Shown here in pieces: positions 34,232 to 41,450 of a stretch of 41,450 nucleotides of DNA (the stretch's first letter is position 1; each line of letters starts with the position of its first letter). The stretch is from Octopus bimaculoides. Its lineage: Eukaryota. The notes beneath the pieces were generated by a model. The model did not search any database, was not told the origin of the DNA, and saw nothing but the letters and a program-made list of their open reading frames with translations. The stretch covers positions 31,390,624 through 31,432,073 of the forward strand of contig NC_069001.1 of the NCBI RefSeq assembly GCF_001194135.2. The letters run 5' to 3'. Made by a program: the position numbers and the translations under genes.

Positions 34232-34345
34232 TCCGGAGCATATTCACCATCTACTTCAATTATTGCTTCCCATTTGCTTGGCATTCAGTCAGACCGTCAT
34301 TTAAAGATTTTTCTGTTAAATATTGTTATCGTTTTTGTTGAATAA
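34232..34345 (-). pseudogene. Mariner transposase C-terminus fragment
   Basis: Minus frame YSTKT...K*RSD*MPSKWEAIIEVDGEYAP matches the mariner terminal pattern (GIxxLPxRWxxVIExxGxY). Confidence 0.7.
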
Positions 34346-34654
34346 AATTTGTAGAAAAAGAAAAAAGCCGCAATAATTATGCACCAACCCAATTAAGGAC
34401 TGAAAATATATCTTGACTAACGGTTGAAAGCTGTTCATAAAAAACGCTGGTAGATATTGCTGTGTACTTAAGGAATTTGCTTCGTAACCAAGTGGTTTCG
34501 ATTTCCAACCCAACAGGTGACTGCTTGTACGGGCTTTTTTTTTCCTTTATTTTTTTTTTGACAAGTGTCATGCAAGTAGATTTGGTAGTTCGGGTAGTGT
34601 ACTAAAGCCGGTAGTACAAATGCGTTTGTGTGTGTGTGTGTATGTGTTCTTTTT

Positions 34655-34805
34655 TTTAACTTGTTTCAGTCATTTGACTGAGGCCATGCTGGGGCAGGCC
34701 TTGGTAGGTTTTAGTCGAACAAATCGACCCCAGGACTTTTTTAAAGCCTAGTACTTATTCTAAATATCTCTTTTGCCGAAACCGCTAAGTTACGGGGATG
34801 TAAAA
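34655..34805 (-). mobile_element. SINE type B 3' half
   Basis: ACTTGTTTCAGTCATTTGACTGAGGCCATGCTGGGGC...AAATCGACCCCAGGAC...CCGCTAAGTTACGGGGATG. Confidence 0.9.
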
Positions 34806-35093
34806 ATTTATGGCCCTTCCTACTTTTCTCAGCATTAGAAAACAGTGCGTAAAATGTAGCTTGAAGTGCGGTCTCTTCTCAAAGAATAAAATATAAATAA
34901 AATATGTAAAATAAAAAAAATGTAAATATAAAATAAAATATATAATGAATATAAATATATAAATAAAATAATAAAATAAATAAAAGACAAAACCTTGTTC
35001 GTAAAAAAATTTGGACATGGGTTTGCATCACCTAAGCAAATTTCATTCCCGAGCCATGTGCAGGTTTACGATTACATAATTCCATTTGGATAG

Positions 35094-35425
35094 GAGACGT
35101 TTTGGCACAGCCGTTTTGACGCCGCTGAATCGGCCGCTGGTTTATTTAGCAGCAGACGTTTTGTCCTTAGGATTTTTCAGCACCGTGAAAACTTTGTCTT
35201 TATTTTAGTTGACAACTAACTCGTAATCACAGCTACTCAAATTCTTCGGCTACTAAACATTATTTAGCTTTCTGCTTCACTTTGTGTATACGACTTTGCT
35301 TTGTGAAACATTGACGAAATCGGGGGAAAGAAAATAAAAGTTTTCTCTCAATGGATTTCCGTACATCTTTGACAAAGCAGAACTGACAGTGAATTTAAAG
35401 TTTGTCGCTGTTAGCAGAAAAATTG
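35094..35425 (+). mobile_element. Possible left end of a MULE (FLYWCH-type) transposon
   Basis: Terminal GAGACGTTTTGGCACAGCCGTTTTGACGCC subrepeats, then frameshifted ETLTKSGERK*KFSLNGFPYIFDKA / TDSEFKVCRC*QKN resembling a FLYWCH N-terminus. Confidence 0.5.
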
Positions 35426-35706
35426 GAGAGAGAGAGAGAGAGAGAGAGAAACATAAAGATGTATTAAATAACTCCGATTGCTACAAATATATCTCTCCCC
35501 CCCCCTCTCTCTCTCTCTCATGCTCACTCGCGCTCTTACTCTCACCCACACATGCACATTGTGTGTGTGTGTTTTCTTTATGCGTATGTAAAGAGTGGAT
35601 GTGATTGCAGCAATTGGTGTCATCTAATACCTTTTAATATTTCTCTCTCTCTCTCTCTCTCTCTATTTGTCTATCTATCTATTTATCTGCATATTTCTGC
35701 GTGAAA

Positions 35707-35998
35707 AGTGAAGGCGCATGGCTCAGTGGTTAGAGTGTCGAGCTTACGATCGCGAGGTTGTGAGTTCGAATCCCGAACCGGGCTGCGTGTTGTGTTCTTG
35801 AGCAAGACACTTTATTTCACGTTGCTCCAGTTCACTCAGCCGTAGAAATGAGCTGCGACATCACTTGTGCCAAGCTGTATCGGCCCCTTTGCCTTTCCCT
35901 TGGATAACACTGGTGGCGTGGAGAGGGGAGGCCGGTATGCATGGGCGACTGCTGGTCTTCGATAAACAACCTTGCCCGGACTTGTGCCTACAGCAGAA
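35707..35998 (+). mobile_element. tRNA-derived CORE-like SINE, type D, intact Pol III boxes
   Basis: A-box TGGCTCAGTGG 35719-35729, B-box GTTCGAATCC 35764-35773, CORE-like block, tail shared with 8844-9160. Confidence 0.92.
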
Positions 35999-37004
35999 GG
36001 GATTATATATGAACAAACATTCATTGAAAGATTACGTGATACCCGAAAGCAGACTTTCGTATTTCATAACCGTATCGTTATAGCGTTGTTGTCGGTGATG
36101 GTACTGCAGCTTGTTGTCGTTGTTGGCGTGGTAGTAGTTGTAATTGTTGTGGCAGTGGTGGTGGTGGTAGTTGTAGATGTTCTTTTGGCTCCATTCTCCC
36201 TTTCGGTCGTGACTTCACGCATGCATAATCTCAAAGGCTTACCAACCGTGATCATCGCGTCTTCTTTTGCTTTTTAATTGTTTTTATTTAAATTTCATTT
36301 TCACGGTTACATAATCCAGTTTTACCGCCCATTTAAAAAAATAAGATCTGTTTCGGTGGAAATTTAGCTGTTATTTCGTGTAGCTCGCACGAACAAGCAG
36401 GCAGAAGCATAGAAGCTCCCTTGATAGTTTTTCCCGAAAATGTTTAGAAGACAGCTAAAGTCAGACATAGTAACATCGATCAAATACATCTTTCGATTGC
36501 TTGCCTTCATGCCATAACTCTAATAAAGCAGACCCGACAGAAACTATTAAAAAAAACAACAACAACAACAACACACAAACAAACAAACAAACAAACAGAG
36601 AATCTTACAGCAGACGATAAACGTTTATCTTTATTATGACTACTGTACAGCGCTTGATAAAACTGGAAAATTCCGCCATTACGCTAGCGCAGACAACAGT
36701 TGATAAAACTGAACGGTTTTAAAGGGGAATTTAGATCAGAAATGGCGGCATGGAGTGAACGATTGCTCGACGGTTGAAGTGATCGTGGTGGGGACGGGGT
36801 AATGAGTAGTGATTGTCTTTATTAAATAATTTAATAATTTAATAAATGCAACTGGGATAAAACAGATTACTACAGGCGGAGCACAGCCAGTTTTTCAATA
36901 TATATATATATATATATATGTATATATTATATATATATATATATATCTTCTCTGGGTTATGTAAATATGAAAATGTAGGTACGAGTGTGTATATATGTAT
37001 GAAA

Positions 37005-37072
<68 letters not shown>

Positions 37073-39054
37073 AGTTATGNNNNNNNNNNTGTGTGTGTGT
37101 GTACAGTTATGAATGTGTATATTTATATATATATAAACCTATGTGCAAATATATATATATATATATATATAATTTGTCCGGGTTATGTACATGTGTAAAT
37201 GTAGATTACAGACATACGTACACACACACACACACACACATAAACACACATTCGTGCAGATATATAAGCATGCGCACATGTAGGATGGAGAGGAAACAGA
37301 GACCGAAAATGAATAAACGTACACATAATATGTGAACATACGCACACAAGATACATAAGCACACACATACGCGTACACACATACATACATATTTTTATAT
37401 ATCCTACTAAACAGTAATTAGGAATGCATGAGTGTTCCTTTATATGGGTCAATGCAATATGCATATTATATATGTATATGTATAAGTATATACATATATA
37501 TATAATTTGTATGTATGTATGTATAAAGGCTCGTATATGTATACAGCGTATGACTGATTAATGTGTCTATGTAATATACTGAGAGACGAATAAAGGGAAA
37601 ATAAAGAGAAAGAAAAGCAACATGACGGACATCTCTCTATTGATTTATACACTCGCACACACACACACACACACTCACACACACAAACACACACACGCAC
37701 GTGCGCATGTATACACATGTACATATGGACGTCTATATGTGTGTATGTATGTATGTGTGTGCATGTGTTTGTGTATGCATAGACACGAATACACAAATGT
37801 AAACATACATAATATGCACGCACACACATATACACATCCAAGCAGCTATATATATATGTATGTATATGTATATATATATATATCCATATGTATATATATA
37901 TATATATATATATATGCATATGTATATATAGATGCATATGTATATATATATATGCATATGTGTATATATATATGTATGTATATATGCATATGTGTATATA
38001 TATATGTATGTATATATGCATATGTGTATATATATATGTATGTATATATGTATATATATATATATNNNNNNNNNNNNNNNNNNNNNNNNNNNNNNNNNNN
38101 NNNNNNNNNNNNNNNNNNNNNNNNNNNNNNNNNNNNNNNNNNNNNNNNNNNNNNNNNNNNNNNNNNNNNNNNNNNNNNNNNNNNNNNNNNNNNNNNNNNN
38201 NNNNNNNNNNNNNNNNNNNNNNNNNNNNNNNNNNNNNNNNNNNNNNNNNNNNNNNNNNNNNNNNNNNNNNNNNNNNNNNNNNNNNNNNNNNNNNNNNNNN
38301 NNNNNNNNNNNNNNNNNNNNNNNNNNNNNNNNNNNNNNNNNNNNNNNNNNNNNNNNNNNNNNNNNNNNNNNNNNNNNNNNNNNNNNNNNNNNNNNNNNNN
38401 NNNNNNNNNNNNNNNNNNNNNNNNNNNNNNNNNNNNNNNNNNNNNNNNNNNNNNNNNNNNNNNNNNNNNNNNNNNNNNNNNNNNNNNNNNNNNNNNNNNN
38501 NNNNNNNNNNNNNNNNNNNNNNNNNNNNNNNNNNNNNNNNNNNNNNNNNNNNNNNNNNNNNNNNNNNNNNNNNNNNNNNNNNNNNNNNNNNNNNNNNNNN
38601 NNNNNNNNNNNNNNNNNNNNNNNNNNNNNNNNNNNNNNNNNNNNNNNNNNNNNNNNNNNNNNNNNNNNNNNNNNNNNNNNNNNNNNNNNNNNNNNNNNNN
38701 NNNNNNNNNNNNNNNNNNNNNNNNNNNNNNNNNNNNNNNNNNNNNNNNNNNNNNNNNNNNNNNNNNNNNNNNNNNNNNNNNNNNNNNNNNNNNNNNNNNN
38801 NNNNNNNNNNNNNNNNNNNNNNNNNNNNNNNNNNNNNNNNNNNNNNNNNNNNNNNNNNNNNNNNNNNNNNNNNNNNNNNNNNNNNNNNNNNNNNNNNNNN
38901 NNNNNNNNNNNNNNNNNNNNNNNNNNNNNNNNNNNNNNNNNNNNNNNNNNNNNNNNNNNNNNNNNNNNNNNNNNNNNNNNNNNNNNNNNNNNNNNNNNNN
39001 NNNNNNNNNNNNNNNNNNNNNNNNNNNNNNNNNNNNNNNNNNNNNNNNNNNNNN

Positions 39055-39109
39055 CGCACCGACCAAAGCCTTGTGAGTGGATCTCGCAAACGGAAACTGA
39101 AATAGCCCG

Positions 39110-39142
<33 letters not shown>

Positions 39143-39185
39143 GGTGCAGGTGTGGCTGTGTAATAAGAAATTTGCTTCTCAGCCA
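39055..39185 (+). mobile_element. SINE type B middle fragment plus a second truncated head
   Basis: CCGACCAAAGCCTTGTGAGTGGATCTCG...GAAACTGAAATAGCCCG; then GGTGCAGGTGTGGCTGTGTAATAAGAAATTTGCTTC. Confidence 0.75.
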
Positions 39186-39289
39186 ACCAGCCAACAAGTC
39201 TTGTTAGCCCGCTCAACGTGGGTACCTGATTGGTTCTTATTTTATCGATCCTAGGAAGGATGGCAACGTCACCTCAGACCTAAAAATTA

Positions 39290-39540
39290 AACTAAGAAGT
39301 ACCGACTCGTGCCCTAGGACTCATATGGCCTATCATCCAGTTTCCACGGCGTATAAGGGACCGAAATCACAAAATAACTGCTGAACGGGACACCAGTCCA
39401 TCGTAGAGTTACTTCATTTACACCAGTGTGGACTAGAGCAACGTGAAATAAAGTGTTTTGCTCAAGAACACGACGCATCGCCCGGTTCAGGAATCGAAAC
39501 CACAATCTTGCGATCGCCCTAACCACTAGGCAGCATGCCC
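39290..39540 (-). mobile_element. SINE type E, full length
   Basis: Minus strand CTAGTGGTTAGGGCGATCGCAAGATTGTGGTTTCGATTCC...TTCTTGAGCAAAACACT...GATGGACTGGTGTCCCGTTC...GGAAACTGG...ATGAGTCCTAG. Confidence 0.85.
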
Positions 39541-39728
39541 TCCTTAAACCGAGAAGGTAAACGTACTAAATACCACAAGGTGTTTTGTCTTACTCTATTA
39601 GCCACCTCTCTCCTCGTGTTTATTCATTTGTCACCATATCTCTGTTGGTGTACACTGTCTGTCTTTCAAGTTATCTTGAAAACAAGGAAGAATTTAGTGA
39701 AATAACTGCCATTATTAAACTAGCGTTT

Positions 39729-39906
39729 AAGGCGGTGAGCTGGCAGAATCATTAGCACGCCAGACGAAATGTTTAGCGCTGTTTCGTCTGCCGCTACGTT
39801 CTGGGTTCAAATTCCACCTAGGTCGACTTTGCCTTTCATCCTTTCAGAGTCGATTAAATAAGTACCGGTTACGCACTATAGTCGATGTAATCGATTAGAT
39901 CGACCC
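39729..39906 (+). mobile_element. SINE type A, tail lost at a gap
   Basis: AAGGCGGTGAGCTGGCAGAATCATTAGCACGCC...TTCTGGGTTCAAATTCCACC...GTCGACTTTGCCTTTCATCC. Confidence 0.9.
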
Positions 39907-40029
39907 TAGTACGNNNNNNNNNNAACGCAACAAACATAAAATCGGGGAACTAAAAATTACAAAAAGTGAATGATAATAGTAGAAGAAAAATTAAAATAAA
40001 ATGATAATATACAAGAATGAAAAAATGAG

Positions 40030-40790
40030 GCGCAATGTCCACTCGATCCCCGAAGTCGGGTGGTTACATTTATCCAGTTTTTTTCACTTTTACTTAAACA
40101 TCATGTATACATTTTAATAGTTTTGCAACTCAAAAAGCTGAAACACTCGTGTTATTTTTCTCCCATTAATCATTGTTACTTCCGTCTTTATCAACTGTAA
40201 ATAATCAGTTCTAGTGGGGGTGGTGTTTCCACCAACCATACCCTTTTCGTTGTTACATTTTCACCAAGTTCTTTTATGTAATCCCAGTAGTTTTCCTCTT
40301 GTATTAAAATGCATTTCTCAGCACAGGTTTCCGGCATTTTCACTCTTATTATTTCTTCGCGATTTTTCTGTCCATCTGCTCGTTCTTCTCGTATTTTATT
40401 AAAACCCCCTTGTATTTAGCATATTTATTCGTTCTCTCTTCCTCCTCTTGTACATTATTAGTTTCTGGCTTTCCTGACTTATTTTTCTTTCGCATTTTAG
40501 GGTTAGTAGCCCCATCTTCGTTTTTCTCCTTTGTTTCTTCTGTTTCACACTTCTGTCTCCCTTTCATTTCCTCGGTGCGGTCTACAATGTTTTCCTCCTC
40601 TGCTTGTGTTTTCTCTTGCTGTGGCTGTGTGAACTCATATAGGGGGCATTCGGTCTTCATATGACCTCTCTCCCCGCATATGTAACGATTTGGTTTTCTT
40701 CCCTCGACTACAACATTTAACGTTCTCTCGTCCTCCACTTCTATCTGGTAGGGAATTCTTTCTATGTCGTAGTTGTAATTGCTGTTGTTC
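40030..40790 (-). pseudogene. C-terminal half of a LINE ORF1-like protein (CCHC knuckle, charged tail) plus about 160-bp 3' UTR; no ORF2 follows
   Basis: IPYQIEVEDERTLNVVVEGRKPNRYICGERGHMKTECP: CX2CX4HX4C at 40646-40687 with the first Cys codon read as CGT. One frameshift near 40405 continues IREERADG...VWLVETPPPLELIIYS* (stop 40191-40193). GC-rich stem-loop at about 40030-40060. Confidence 0.75.
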
Positions 40791-41450
40791 TTCTTTACAA
40801 CAGATCTACCTCGATGCAACATACCTCTGATCAAAGGCGTTATATCCATGACTGTCCCACCTTTCCTTCAGACATAAACACATCTAGGACTACAATTACC
40901 GATGTGTCCTTCAATTTATTTATCGTTTTTTACCCTGAGTATGATTTGACTGCTATTTCAACCAAGGTGTAAATTGTAATGAAAGACAATTTAACTGTTA
41001 TTGCTAACAGTTCGAGCGACCAGCCAGAAGACCTATCGCTATTTCTACACAGTCTTAGTTTCCATATCATTTTCGACTCGGAAAATATTGTTCAACCGTA
41101 CGTTCTGTCAAGTCAACTCCTGATGGGTGCTTGATATATTTTCCCCCTGATTGCAACTGTTTCGTTTCCTTTGCGCTTCTGATGCTCCATGAGAAATTCA
41201 AGGGCATTACAGAATCTCGCGGTAATATATTTTTATGCCTTTGTCCACAATTAAGGAATCGATATTTTGGAAATGTTTCAGAAGTAAAATAGTTCGAGAA
41301 TAACACGTTGCGTTTATTTGCTTTATATATTTTAAGCTATTTAAATGGCAGCTTCGATTTCTTCAGATAAAAATACAGTAACACACATGCATGCATTTAT
41401 ATGTGTGTGTGTGTGTGTGCCTATGCGTATATATATATATATATATATAT

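Larger units (their letters stand above)
2403..39923. other. Assembly gaps (14 N-runs spread over this interval)
   Basis: Approximately 2403-3191, 14549-15016, 15685-16135, 20107-20656, 21298-21837, 24633-24988, 28025-28034, 29368-29698, 30522-31187, 32615-32781, 33667-34231, 37080-37089, 38066-39054, 39914-39923. Confidence 0.97.

Noticed and set aside
35713-35790. tRNA gene
   Set aside because: A and B boxes are present but the acceptor stem does not close and the sequence continues into a SINE body shared with 8844-9160.
37055-37112. Direct repeat GTGTGTGTACAGTTATG on both sides of a 10-N gap
   Set aside because: Typical overlapping contig ends; assembly artefact.
40791-40849. N-terminus MDITPLIRGMLHRGRSVVKK of ORF 40349..40849
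   Set aside because: Read-through from an adjacent sequence I recognise as a common short repeat (GATCAAAGGCGTT...CCATGAC); probably not part of the ORF1-like gene.

Overview
Repeat-saturated, AT-rich animal scaffold with 14 N-gaps (about 5.9 kb, 14%), most flanked by (TA)n. The SINE families and microsatellite style point to an octopod cephalopod; this is my recognition, not a database result. I find no rRNA, true tRNA, CRISPR or confidently identifiable host gene, so the window is probably intronic or intergenic. Nearly all ORFs in the supplied track are microsatellite or N-gap artefacts. Supported content: more than 20 copies or fragments of five tRNA-derived SINE types (informal labels A-E; B-E carry a CORE-like block); three tandem arrays built from SINE pieces; a decayed DD37D (maT-type) transposon; mariner, MULE/FLYWCH-like, RTE-like and Helentron-like remnants; a 97-bp TIR element with an 8-bp TSD; and several fold-back palindromes beside (TA)n tracts. 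The most interesting item is two complementary fragments (10851-11710 and about 40030-40790, both minus strand) of a LINE ORF1-like gene with RRM-like domains and a CCHC knuckle. It has tandem 5' UTR monomers, and its 3' part ends in a short UTR with no ORF2/RT, which suggests an ORF1-only non-autonomous retroposon family.
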